DNA of 28,016 bases from an uncultured virus (IMG/VR IMGVR_UViG_3300048503_000010) (IMGVR_UViG_3300048503_000010:62001-90016), one strand, 5' to 3'. Counted from the first letter of the stretch, positions 1 to 8,523 are shown. Notes: generated from the sequence alone by a model not told the origin. Program-made: numbers and translations.

Positions 1-2
1 CA

Positions 3-230
3 AAGACAGGGGTTTTACTCTCACACTACTATAGACCGATTCTGAACACAAAGTTTAGAAAGCTTGGGGACTCAATAGCATTATTGCTATCGGATATTGT
101 TGAACTTTCATGGAAGAGGGTGGAAAAATTAAAACCAAATTCTGAACTAGATGTACATTCTGGTAATCTTGGACTTGACGAAAACGGTAGGATAAAGATC
201 ATAGATATGGGATACTTTTTTAAGAACTAA
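3..230 (+). CDS. 3' end of a protein-kinase-like (PKL fold) protein, partial at window edge; not in ORF track
   Basis: Frame 3 is open to TAA at 228-230 and reads ...SELDVHSGNLGLDENGRIKIIDMGYFFKN*. It has a DxHxGN catalytic loop and a KIIDxG (DFG-like) motif at kinase spacing. Confidence 0.7.
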   Translation, partial: KTGVLLSHYYRPILNTKFRKLGDSIALLLSDIVELSWKRVEKLKPNSELDVHSGNLGLDENGRIKIIDMGYFFKN

Positions 231-237
231 GGAAAGG

Positions 238-654
238 ATGACTAAACAGGAAAAAGCAAAAGACGCAAGACTAAGAAGGGAATTCAACACAAACTTAGAC
301 GAATACAATCAAGTACTCAAATACCAAGGATTTTCTTGTGCTATTTGCAAGCGTAAAGTCAACAAAAAAGGACGTGGACTCATTTTATGTGTAGATCATT
401 GCCACAAAAAAGGACTTGTTCGTGGCCTCCTTTGCTGGACTTGCAACAAAGCTTTGGCGATATTTCAAGACGATGTTGATAGATTGTTAGCAGCAGCCGA
501 GTACATAAAGAATCCTCCATTTACAGTAGTTTTAGGAAGGGAAGTAATCACGGCACCGGGAAGAATAGGAAGCAAGGCGAGAGCTAAGGTTCTAAATAAA
601 ATGAGGAAGGAAGGATTGCAGGGGAGTTATGGGAAAGAAAAAAAATCAAAGTGA
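238..654 (+). CDS. Recombination endonuclease VII (T4 gp49-like) family nuclease
   Basis: Q-x3-CAIC...VDHCH-x2-G-x-VRGLLC-x2-CN signature; AAGG-type SD upstream. Confidence 0.9.
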   Translation: MTKQEKAKDARLRREFNTNLDEYNQVLKYQGFSCAICKRKVNKKGRGLILCVDHCHKKGLVRGLLCWTCNKALAIFQDDVDRLLAAAEYIKNPPFTVVLGREVITAPGRIGSKARAKVLNKMRKEGLQGSYGKEKKSK

Positions 655-1072
655 AGTATGGTCCAAGAATAAATCGGCGTTTACTGAAGTCATGGGCGAT
701 CCCTATGCTAAGCCTGACCCAATAGAAGGACAATATTCATACCTGAAAAACAGAAGTTCTATTTCAGTTGCCAGCAAAGAAGAAGCACCGTCTGTATCTA
801 TTAACGAAGCAAGGCCAAGTGTAGTTGATTTCTTCTGCGATGTGGAGGCAGCAATAATTGATGGTATGCTTATATTTGCAAGAAGCTGGAGAGAACCGGA
901 TGAATGCCTTTTTGTATTCCATACTACTTATATTACTGAGGACGATAATTACTACAAATTCGACCAAGGAGAGCGCAACAAAATAGAACAAATTATTGGA
1001 CGAATCTTTAGAGAAAGAGACATATCTCCTGTAAGAAAGTATTTTTCGGCAATACGACGTAAACGTGATTAA
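629..1072 (+). CDS. Hypothetical phage protein
   Basis: 147-aa ORF with GGGGAG SD, overlapping its neighbours as in an operon. Confidence 0.7.
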   Translation: MGKKKNQSEVWSKNKSAFTEVMGDPYAKPDPIEGQYSYLKNRSSISVASKEEAPSVSINEARPSVVDFFCDVEAAIIDGMLIFARSWREPDECLFVFHTTYITEDDNYYKFDQGERNKIEQIIGRIFRERDISPVRKYFSAIRRKRD

Positions 1073-1088
1073 CAAAGAAAGGAACAAA

Positions 1089-1253
1089 ATGGAAGTAATT
1101 AAGAAGACTGTGATTAAGAACGGACTTGAAGCTGCACTAGAAGAGATCAACTCTGCACGAAGCCCGCAAGAGAAGATCATGTTGCTCCAGAAGCACGGAC
1201 TCATGGACCCTATCCTAACCCCAGAAGAGGTTGAACTATGCAGCCAGAGCTAG
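1089..1253 (+). CDS. Small hypothetical protein
   Basis: ATG at 1089 follows an AAAGGA SD; fills the operon gap. Confidence 0.6.
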   Translation: MEVIKKTVIKNGLEAALEEINSARSPQEKIMLLQKHGLMDPILTPEEVELCSQS

Positions 1254-1705
1254 AACAGGTAGACGTTGTTGACAACACTTTAACAACAACCGTTGAGACA
1301 GAGTACCCTAGCTATGACATCATAGATAGCGATGGGACTGTACTTGAAAAAGCCGAACCTGCTCCTCTACGTCCTCCTATCAAGCTATCAAGAGCGATGA
1401 TAGGAAAGATTCGCAAGAAGCAAATCACTGTACATAACCCACGGGCGCAGGGATGTCATCATAAGCTTGATTTAAAGAGCCAACCTAAGCACAGGAATTG
1501 TGAACATTGTTGGTGGGCATGGTTTCAGAACAATGGAGAAATGGTTAAAACGGCTGATGAAGTCTTTCAAAATGGGCATCCTGAGTTGATTGTTCAATTG
1601 CAGGGAGAAGTATTCTACAAGAACTTTTTGAAGTTCATGAGCACTGTGGCACGTCTTAAGGATTTAGAAAAACCAATTGAGGAAGCAAAGGAACCTAATG
1701 AGTAA
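1238..1705 (+). CDS. Hypothetical protein with possible Zn site (CHH...CEHC)
   Basis: 155-aa ORF with GAGGT SD, coupled to recA. Confidence 0.7.
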   Translation: MQPELEQVDVVDNTLTTTVETEYPSYDIIDSDGTVLEKAEPAPLRPPIKLSRAMIGKIRKKQITVHNPRAQGCHHKLDLKSQPKHRNCEHCWWAWFQNNGEMVKTADEVFQNGHPELIVQLQGEVFYKNFLKFMSTVARLKDLEKPIEEAKEPNE

Positions 1706-2807
1706 AGGATTAATGGACCTTGCAGCAGTTCTAGGGGAGCCTGAAGTTAAGGCTCCTGTTGCTGTATCTAAGAAGAAAGAGCCTGAAAAAACTCTGAGTA
1801 AGGAAGATAAGTTTGCTACACTAAGAGCAGTAGAAAAAGCTTTAAACAAGCAATTTGACACAACTATGTCAATTGTAAGACTTGGGGATCGAGTTGGAGT
1901 TCCCATTCCTAGCATTAGTACCGGTTTGCCCAGTCTAGACTATGATGTACTAGGTTGCGGCGGTATCCCCAGAGGAAGAATAATAGAAGTCTACGGAGTA
2001 GAGAGCGGGGGTAAGACAACACTGTGCTTGCATATCATAGCACAAGAGCAAAACAACACTCAAAATGTCTGCGCTCTAGTTGATGCTGAACATGCTTTTG
2101 ATCCATCTTATGCGGCTCTGTTAGGAGTCAACGTGGACGAGCTAATAGTTTCACAGCCGAGTAGTGGGGAAGACGCTCTGGAGACGGTGGAAGCATTAAT
2201 CGATTCAGATTGTGTAAGCCTGATTGTTGTTGATTCGGTAGCTGCACTTGTGCCACGCGCTGAACTAGATGGAGAGATGGGGGAAGCCGTAATGGGGCTA
2301 CAGGCGCGGCTTATGAGTCAAGCCTGCCGAAAGCTGGTAGGAAAGGCATCTTTAAAGAAGGTAACTGTTATATTTATCAATCAGTTACGTGAAAAGATTG
2401 GTGTAATGTACGGCTCCCCAGAAGTCACCACCGGTGGAAAGGCACTTAAGTTTTATGCGTCGGTAAGATTGGATGTCCGAAGGCGTGAGGTTATCGGACC
2501 TAAAGATCAGCCACTGGGTCACCAACTCAAGATAAAAGCTGCCAAGAACAAATGTGGAGTGCCTTTCCATGAAACCTTTGTCAACCTTTTGTACGGATCG
2601 GGGATAGACACATTCTCAGATTCTGTTTCCTATGCTGTAAAACTGGGGGTAATCGAACAAAAAGGGGCTTGGTTCTATATGGGAGGAAAAAATATTGCAC
2701 AGGGCTTGACAAATCTAGTTGAATGTGTTAAACTGTCTCCAGAGTTGCAAGAAGAGATCAAGACCTCATTAGAGACAAAGAGAAAGGAGAATGATGCCAA
2801 AACTTAA
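1698..2807 (+). CDS. recA: RecA recombinase
   Basis: Walker A GVESGGKTT, DAEHAFDP, Walker B LIVVDSV, IFINQLREKIGVMYGSPEVTTGGKALKFYASVRLD. Start placed at ATG 1698 after AAGGA. Confidence 0.97.
   Translation: MSKGLMDLAAVLGEPEVKAPVAVSKKKEPEKTLSKEDKFATLRAVEKALNKQFDTTMSIVRLGDRVGVPIPSISTGLPSLDYDVLGCGGIPRGRIIEVYGVESGGKTTLCLHIIAQEQNNTQNVCALVDAEHAFDPSYAALLGVNVDELIVSQPSSGEDALETVEALIDSDCVSLIVVDSVAALVPRAELDGEMGEAVMGLQARLMSQACRKLVGKASLKKVTVIFINQLREKIGVMYGSPEVTTGGKALKFYASVRLDVRRREVIGPKDQPLGHQLKIKAAKNKCGVPFHETFVNLLYGSGIDTFSDSVSYAVKLGVIEQKGAWFYMGGKNIAQGLTNLVECVKLSPELQEEIKTSLETKRKENDAKT
2706..2734 (+). promoter_or_regulatory. sigma70-type promoter inside the recA 3' end
   Basis: TTGACA(2706-2711)-17 nt-TAAACT(2729-2734) with extended -10 TG. 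Confidence 0.55.
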
Positions 2808-2961
2808 ACCCGGAAAGCCATACATCAAAAAATTCACAACCTGCCTAGAGGCTCTAAAATATATAGATTCCCTCTTGACAAAAAAGAATAGAAGTGGTAG
2901 GCTTAATAACAGTGATGGACAATGGTTGGTACGGTATACACGAAAGGAGAACGATGAATAA
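2791..2961 (+). CDS. Small basic hypothetical protein, 56 aa (MMPKLKPGKPY...KENDE); not in ORF track
   Basis: Strong AAGGAG SD; overlaps the recA stop and the next start. Confidence 0.55.
   Translation: MMPKLKPGKPYIKKFTTCLEALKYIDSLLTKKNRSGRLNNSDGQWLVRYTRKENDE
2875..2903 (+). promoter_or_regulatory. sigma70-type promoter
   Basis: TTGACA(2875-2880)-17 nt-TAGGCT(2898-2903) with extended -10 TG. Confidence 0.6.
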
Positions 2962-3196
2962 TCGTGAAGCACCAGAAGATATTGTAGAAACATTACAGAG
3001 ATATGTCACCCATAGGGTCCATACAGGTGGATTTCTTCATGCAGTTCTTGCTAATGATTTAAGAGAATCTTTTGCAAGAGCAGATGATGTTAACAGGCAT
3101 TGTCTATTTGAAATAGTCTCATACTGTTACAACAACATTCCTTCTAAATGTTGGGGATCGTATGAGGCAGTAGACGACTGGTTGAAAGGAGAGTAA
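2954..3196 (+). CDS. Conserved-looking small phage protein (GGFLxAVLxNDL...ADxxN...WGSxExVxxW)
   Basis: ATG 2954 after AAAGGAG; motif pattern recalled from phage hypothetical proteins. Confidence 0.75.
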   Translation: MNNREAPEDIVETLQRYVTHRVHTGGFLHAVLANDLRESFARADDVNRHCLFEIVSYCYNNIPSKCWGSYEAVDDWLKGE

Positions 3197-3385
3197 ATGC
3201 CAAACCTTACTAAAGCTGATGCAGATGAAATTTATGTTGCTGGTCAACACATGAGCAATTGGTTATATAACCAGTCGCAGAAGTTTAATTTTGCCGTCTA
3301 CAAGAACGAAATGCAAAATATGGCAAAAGACTGGGATCGTGTTAAAGGTACGCTATACAGAGCAGACAGAAAGGAAGCAAAGTGA
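3197..3385 (+). CDS. Hypothetical protein
   Basis: AAGGAG SD; abuts the upstream stop. Confidence 0.7.
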   Translation: MPNLTKADADEIYVAGQHMSNWLYNQSQKFNFAVYKNEMQNMAKDWDRVKGTLYRADRKEAK

Positions 3386-3624
3386 GCAGACAGAAAGGTA
3401 AGCAACCGTTCGCTGGTGTGGCAGTATTCGACTACACGAGCGTGTGCTGTGGTGCAAAAGCCACAAAAGACCCTTGCGTTAGGTCCAAGGAGGATCGTAA
3501 GGAAAACAAGTTCAGCGAATGTGGACTTGGATGCTGGCACTGCGGGCAGTGTGGGAAGGGCTGTAAGGTACGGCGTACTAAGGTTAAGAAAGAGGAGCCT
3601 AAGGAGGAAAATGGAGTCTCCTAA
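3382..3624 (+). CDS. Cys-rich putative zinc-binding protein
   Basis: SVCC...C...CGLGCWHCGQCGKGC; GTGA start/stop overlap. Confidence 0.7.
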   Translation: MSRQKGKQPFAGVAVFDYTSVCCGAKATKDPCVRSKEDRKENKFSECGLGCWHCGQCGKGCKVRRTKVKKEEPKEENGVS

Positions 3625-3916
3625 AATAGTTACCAAGAAGTTAGAAGACATTGGTACACGATACACTCATCTCTGCGATCTTCAAGATTCCTTGGAAATC
3701 TGTGTTGAGATAATTGTTACAAAACTTCCTGATACATGGGATAACAAACAGCGCCTAGCAAAAATGAGGATTGCTTTGGAAATTATTAAAATAAGCATTG
3801 ACTCATTCGGAGACTATAACGACAAAGATAATAAGTATAATTTGTACAAAATGATTGAAAACATTCCGAAGAACCCGGATGAAATTGTTGGAGGAAGGGG
3901 GACACCGCTAATATGA
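3611..3916 (+). CDS. Hypothetical protein (start MESPKIV)
   Basis: AAGGAGG SD directly before ATG 3611. Confidence 0.7.
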   Translation: MESPKIVTKKLEDIGTRYTHLCDLQDSLEICVEIIVTKLPDTWDNKQRLAKMRIALEIIKISIDSFGDYNDKDNKYNLYKMIENIPKNPDEIVGGRGTPLI

Positions 3917-4098
3917 AATATCTTGGAGAAATCGCAATAGTGGAACTTGATGATGAGAAAAACATTAGAGTGTCTATTAAGACATATGACGGCAAGCTTG
4001 CTTTAAGGCTAGAGAGGTATGATCTAGAAGGATTCGGAGCAACGTTACCGGACGCATTAGAAGACCTCATAGAAAGGATTCAGGAGATACCAGAATGA
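3913..4098 (+). CDS. Small acidic protein with a HicB-like C-terminal motif
   Basis: ATGA overlap; LEGFGATLPDALEDL resembles the HicB GxTxxEAxxxL motif. Confidence 0.55.
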   Translation: MKYLGEIAIVELDDEKNIRVSIKTYDGKLALRLERYDLEGFGATLPDALEDLIERIQEIPE

Positions 4099-4340
4099 GT
4101 AACGCTATCATTACGAGTGACGTTATCATTGGACAATACACAGACTACATGGACACCGGTATATGGACTCTTGAGAGTATAAGTCCCCTAGAGGGATTTA
4201 TTGTTGCCCCAGATGACCTTACTATATCTCAACTCAAGGATTTCCTGCTGACTAGTGGGGGTGCTGTTTATCTTCGAGAAGATGGAAAGATTGTTTGGAT
4301 ACATGGGAGCACACTGGGAGAACACAATGATAACACTTAG
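4095..4340 (+). CDS. Hypothetical protein
   Basis: AGGAG SD, ATGA overlap. Confidence 0.65.
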   Translation: MSNAIITSDVIIGQYTDYMDTGIWTLESISPLEGFIVAPDDLTISQLKDFLLTSGGAVYLREDGKIVWIHGSTLGEHNDNT

Positions 4341-4671
4341 CTCGTACCAAGCCGCCGCACTAATGACTGCACAGTACCCAGACTTGGGGAATAACCTGAT
4401 CTATCCGGCTCTAGGACTCGCAGGAGAAGCTGGAGAAACAGTTGACAAGATTAAGAAGCTGTGGCGCAACAAGGGAGTCACAAGCAAGAAGCAGTTGTCC
4501 AAAGAAGATAAGGAAGAACTTATCAAGGAACTGGGAGATGTGTTGTGGTATGTTGCAGCTTTAGCAAGTGAAATGGATACAGACCTAGCCGTAGTTGCGA
4601 CTAGGAACATAGAGAAACTACAAGATCGCCAGAAGCGGGGCGTGATTAAAAGTCGTGGAGATAACCGCTAA
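4327..4671 (+). CDS. MazG-like nucleotide pyrophosphohydrolase
   Basis: YPALGLAGEAGE...KIKK...KELGDVLWYVA...NIEKL-x-DR-x2-RG; start ATG 4327 after GGGAG. Confidence 0.92.
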   Translation: MITLSSYQAAALMTAQYPDLGNNLIYPALGLAGEAGETVDKIKKLWRNKGVTSKKQLSKEDKEELIKELGDVLWYVAALASEMDTDLAVVATRNIEKLQDRQKRGVIKSRGDNR

Positions 4672-4686
4672 AAAAGGAAGGAAAAA

Positions 4687-5325
4687 ATGAAGAAGATTAT
4701 TCTTGCACTGCTCGCTTTGGTAATGACCCTTGCGATTCCTTTGTCGGCTAATGCCGATACTGTGACCTTAACCCTGAACACAGCAGGCTCTAACCAAGTG
4801 GCAGGAGACTATGCCTATCCATATTATCTTACTGTGGGTGACACTGCTAATGTGGCGCTGATGTGTCTGAATTTCGCAGACGATGTTACCTTCGGAGAAT
4901 CATGGACAGCTACAGAAGTTACACTACTTGGACCTCATGAAAATTTAAATAATCTTGCGGCTGCTTGGCTACTTCAAGATGCTATTTCCAATCCGGGAAA
5001 TGCCGTTGCAGACCAGTTGGCTGCATGGTCATTGTTTGATAGTACAGATGCTGCTTCTTTGCTGCTCGACGCACCAAACGCACAAACTCAGTTGCACGCG
5101 GCTGTTGCCGGGGAGTTATCTGTAAATAAGGTGGATTTTATTCTTTACACACCTGTAGATGGAACCCAGACAGAGGGCGGAATTCCTCAGACTTTTATTG
5201 GGATAAATCCTGTGCAAACGCAGACTCCAGAACCTTCATCCTTACTGTTTATGGGAACTGGTCTTCTGGGACTGGCATTGGTATGGTCTAAAAAGAATAG
5301 ACGTACCGGAAAGGAAAACGCGTGA
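4687..5325 (+). CDS. PEP-CTERM sorting-domain surface protein with signal peptide
   Basis: N-terminal signal peptide (MKKIILALLAL...ANA/D). C-terminal TPEPSSLLFMGTGLLGLALVWSKKNRR gives PEP + TM helix + basic tail. Confidence 0.9.
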   Translation: MKKIILALLALVMTLAIPLSANADTVTLTLNTAGSNQVAGDYAYPYYLTVGDTANVALMCLNFADDVTFGESWTATEVTLLGPHENLNNLAAAWLLQDAISNPGNAVADQLAAWSLFDSTDAASLLLDAPNAQTQLHAAVAGELSVNKVDFILYTPVDGTQTEGGIPQTFIGINPVQTQTPEPSSLLFMGTGLLGLALVWSKKNRRTGKENA

Positions 5326-6164
5326 AATTCTCTTTGTTTATTTTAACACTCACACTCGCAGTTGGTTTTAACACTTCTGCGTTTGCAACCGTAGCTGTGG
5401 CACAAACCCCTACAGCTACGGCTACATCCACGGCTACTGGAGGCAATAGCACTGTTTCAGTGCCAATCAATTCAGTCACCAAGTCAACATCTAACTCGAA
5501 CTCTGACTCGAACGCTAACTCACAGTCTAAGTCGAATTCGCAGTCTCAGTCACAATCCGATTCACAATCGACTGTGAAGAACAGTGGGAATTCACAAAAC
5601 ACCAATGTGTCTGTGTCTAAGGGCGGTTCAGGGGGAACCGGGGGAACCGGGGGAACCGCTAATGGCGGTACAGCTTCCGCTGCAAACAACAGCACTGGAT
5701 CGGGTAACTCCACTACAATATCTTCGGAGTACAATCAAGTGCGTCAAACTCCAATAGCTTATGCTCCAGACTCGTTTCCCACGGCTCCATGCTTCAAGAG
5801 TTTTTCTGCCGGTGCGTCTTCACCTTTCTTCGGTGCAGCACTTGGTGGGGGAAAGATTGATAAGGGATGCGATTCTCGTGAGACAGCGCGTAGCTTTGCT
5901 CTCATGCACAACTTTACAGCAGCAGCAAAGATACTCTGTTCAACCAACGCAGCAAAGCGAGCGAAACTTACTACAGAAGATTGCTTAGCTCTTGCTGTAC
6001 CGGTTCCAGAAGTTATTGGGCAGGTTCCGACAGTGGCTCCCGTAGTTCCTATGTCTCCTGTATCTCCTGTACCCATTCCGGCGTCAACTGTACCCGAAAA
6101 GGGTACAGAAGTGCCGGTAACTCCAATAGCTCCAATGACTGAGAACAAGAAAATTAGTCAGTAA
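5322..6164 (+). CDS. Secreted Ser/Thr/Gly-rich protein with a Cys-containing domain and Pro-rich tail
   Basis: Signal peptide (..SAFA/T), S-x dipeptide run, GGT x3, four Cys in APC...GC...ILC...DC, and a VP-rich C-terminus; GTGA overlap. Confidence 0.8.
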   Translation: MKFSLFILTLTLAVGFNTSAFATVAVAQTPTATATSTATGGNSTVSVPINSVTKSTSNSNSDSNANSQSKSNSQSQSQSDSQSTVKNSGNSQNTNVSVSKGGSGGTGGTGGTANGGTASAANNSTGSGNSTTISSEYNQVRQTPIAYAPDSFPTAPCFKSFSAGASSPFFGAALGGGKIDKGCDSRETARSFALMHNFTAAAKILCSTNAAKRAKLTTEDCLALAVPVPEVIGQVPTVAPVVPMSPVSPVPIPASTVPEKGTEVPVTPIAPMTENKKISQ

Positions 6165-6529
6165 TGTTTGCCACGATTCTACTCTATTCGGCGCTGATTT
6201 GCTTTCAAACCCCGCAGCAGTCGCAACAAGTCTGCTACCCGGCTCTGGTAGGCAGATCAACGCCAATTGGGGTTTTCTCTGTGGTACACAAATTGACTAA
6301 GGCTCCCGGATATGGTGGAGACATTCTGGTATTCAACGAATTACCGGATAGGGTATATGCCATTCACAGACTGTGGTTACGTAATCCAGCACAGCATCGT
6401 AAAGAACGGTTAAATTCCGGCGACCCTGACCAACGAAGAAACGTGACCATGGGGTGTGTAAATGTCTCCCCAAATGTTTACGGACAACTTAAAGACTCGT
6501 TAACTGTAGTAGAGATAATCAACCACTAA
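6164..6529 (+). CDS. YkuD-like L,D-transpeptidase family protein
   Basis: TPIGVF, GYGGD, YAIHR...TMGCVNV (His...GC catalytic motif). Confidence 0.8.
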   Translation: MFATILLYSALICFQTPQQSQQVCYPALVGRSTPIGVFSVVHKLTKAPGYGGDILVFNELPDRVYAIHRLWLRNPAQHRKERLNSGDPDQRRNVTMGCVNVSPNVYGQLKDSLTVVEIINH

Positions 6530-6537
6530 TTAAACAC

Positions 6538-6597
6538 AAAAAATACCCCATGTCAGAAGTTTGTTACATTCTTCTAACATGGGGTATTTTATTTTTT
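6538..6597. terminator. Bidirectional intrinsic terminator between the convergent arms
   Basis: Inverted repeat AAAATACCCCATGTCAGAAG / CTTCTAACATGGGGTATTTT, flanked by A and T tracts. Confidence 0.85.
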
Positions 6598-6599
6598 GT

Positions 6600-8465
6600 T
6601 TAGCGAACAGGGCACGTTCCCCCACTACACTCCAGACCTTCGATCATACTTCCCTCCCCAACATCATCCAATTTAATCGGCTTAATCTTAGCTGACATCT
6701 TTTGATACTGCTCAGCCGTGATTGCCTCTTTAGGTGCCTGCTTAAATCCGTGGTCACTGTGGCATAGAAAACTAATCGACTTGACAGAACTGAGATTTTG
6801 TGCTAGCCATTCTTTGATCTTAGGAATATCTGTGCGTTCATAATAGACTGTTACAGAAACTGCTTGGTCTGCCCAATGCTTCTGAGCAAACTTTAGTGTA
6901 TCAAGCTGCTTCCAAGTATTCCAGTCTTCATCTGCTACAGGGTAGCCATTAGGAGCCTGCACATAGAAGTCTACTACTTGAGTCTGCTGGTCAAGCGTTC
7001 CATCAAACAGAAGAACCGGCTCCATCTTATGTCCGGCTGCTCTCAGGCGGGGAATCAGTGGGTCATTGGATGCCACACGTATACGTTGAACTATGTATCG
7101 ACTAAATGCAGCATGTATACCCTCATAACCATTACAATCCATAACTTTTGACATAGTTCCAGATGGCTTACATAAAGTAGTTCTTTTACTAGTAGGAATT
7201 CCTAATTCTTTAGAGTATTTTTGGTCTTCTTCCTGAATTGCTGCATATGCTTTGTCAAGAACTTCTGGGACGAATAGGTTGGATGCCAAGCATCCGGTGA
7301 TTCCAATTCCTACCCTCCTGTTACGCTCAATGACAGCCTGAGTCACAGCATGGTGATATTTCTCCATGGTCACACGCTTAGTATACCTCAACATGAGCCT
7401 TGAAACCTTGATAAACTCCTCTTGAGATTCCAAATTACAAATTGGAATTTCTGCGAGGTTGCATGGCTCACCATTTTCAAGGGTAGCCTCCCCGCAGGGG
7501 TTTGTGCCTGTGGCTGAATCTGGCTTCAGTTCCCCCATTCTACCATACTTCTGAATTGCTGTCCGATTGACGATCCCAAAAGCTTCTCCCTGCTCGTAGG
7601 TCTTCCAAAACAGGGGATGCAAATCTTCAATGTCTTCACAGATCACAGAATAGTTGGCACAGCTACGGTGAGTAGGTATCGATCCTAAGTCCCAACGCTT
7701 AGCCTTTAGATACTCCTTGTCCCAACAATCCCCAAGAATAATGATTGCACTGCGCCGAACGTTTCCTGCCACGACCATCTCACCAGTAGCAGTAAGAAGA
7801 TCTGCCGCATCTATCGGCCTAACGTGCTTTCCTCCACGCGCAACAAGAATGGCACTCAAAGTCTCAACGAATCGAACGAGAGGCAATGGACCTGACGCCA
7901 CACCACCAAAGCCCACAATAGGTTCCCCATATCCTCGTACACAGACCGTAGAATAGGTGAATGGTTTTCCAGTAACAAAATAGCTCTCCAACACCCTGCG
8001 CGTAAGTTCACACCAGCCTTCTCTAGAATCAGGAATAATAAAGTCCGCATCCTTAGTTGCCTTGTGAGTTACGTGAACATCTTTCTTTACTTTTGGAAGC
8101 TTGCTTGTAAACTGGCTCTCAACACTCATTCCTACTCCACCACCTAACATGAGCAAATCCTGCGCTATTACAAAGTTGTTCCAATCATCTGCTGTGAAGA
8201 ACCAGCAGTTCACTAAAGCTGCCCCACCAATCCTGTCCTGCGCGGGCGCTCCTGAAAACCAATAGCCTCTTCCTGCCGGTCCAGCCTTGCGCTCATTCGC
8301 ATACTTGATTAGTTCTTTAATCTCTTCTTCAGGAACATTGTGTCCCTTTACATTTCCTGCAACCGCTCTTTCAACTGTTTGTTCCCAATTCTCATAACTT
8401 CCAGAATCCCTTCGGCTGTAGGTCCGGCGATAGACTATTCTAGAAAGATTTGACCACTCTTTCAT
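6600..8465 (-). CDS. nrdJ: Class II (adenosylcobalamin-dependent) ribonucleotide reductase
   Basis: VYRRTYSR, NCWF, VVAGNVRRSA, TNPCGE, PCNLAE, KPSGT, C-terminal CSGGTCPVR. Confidence 0.95.
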   Translation of the reverse strand: MKEWSNLSRIVYRRTYSRRDSGSYENWEQTVERAVAGNVKGHNVPEEEIKELIKYANERKAGPAGRGYWFSGAPAQDRIGGAALVNCWFFTADDWNNFVIAQDLLMLGGGVGMSVESQFTSKLPKVKKDVHVTHKATKDADFIIPDSREGWCELTRRVLESYFVTGKPFTYSTVCVRGYGEPIVGFGGVASGPLPLVRFVETLSAILVARGGKHVRPIDAADLLTATGEMVVAGNVRRSAIIILGDCWDKEYLKAKRWDLGSIPTHRSCANYSVICEDIEDLHPLFWKTYEQGEAFGIVNRTAIQKYGRMGELKPDSATGTNPCGEATLENGEPCNLAEIPICNLESQEEFIKVSRLMLRYTKRVTMEKYHHAVTQAVIERNRRVGIGITGCLASNLFVPEVLDKAYAAIQEEDQKYSKELGIPTSKRTTLCKPSGTMSKVMDCNGYEGIHAAFSRYIVQRIRVASNDPLIPRLRAAGHKMEPVLLFDGTLDQQTQVVDFYVQAPNGYPVADEDWNTWKQLDTLKFAQKHWADQAVSVTVYYERTDIPKIKEWLAQNLSSVKSISFLCHSDHGFKQAPKEAITAEQYQKMSAKIKPIKLDDVGEGSMIEGLECSGGTCPVR

Positions 8466-8495
8466 ATTTTGATACCCCCTTTTAGACTAAAACAC

Positions 8496-8523
8496 AGCCC
8501 ACTCCGTTAGAAGTGGGCTTTTT
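8496..8523. terminator. Stem-loop in the nrdJ leader (terminator-like on +, possible 5' hairpin on -)
   Basis: AGCCCACT-8 nt-AGTGGGCT, followed by TTTT on + and GTGTTTT on -. Confidence 0.55.

Noticed and set aside
1855..1872. TTGACA-N6-TGTCAA palindrome in recA as an operator or promoter
   Set aside because: It is a single copy inside conserved coding sequence, with no correctly spaced -10 on either strand.
3416..3610. Long N-terminal extensions given by the ORF track (also starts at 1677, 2894, 4255, 9642, 11266, 11981, 12981)
   Set aside because: They overlap other genes or tRNAs, and internal starts have much better SD sequences.
6600..8465. Intein or intron in nrdJ or recA
   Set aside because: Both are of ordinary compact length with contiguous motifs and no splicing signatures.
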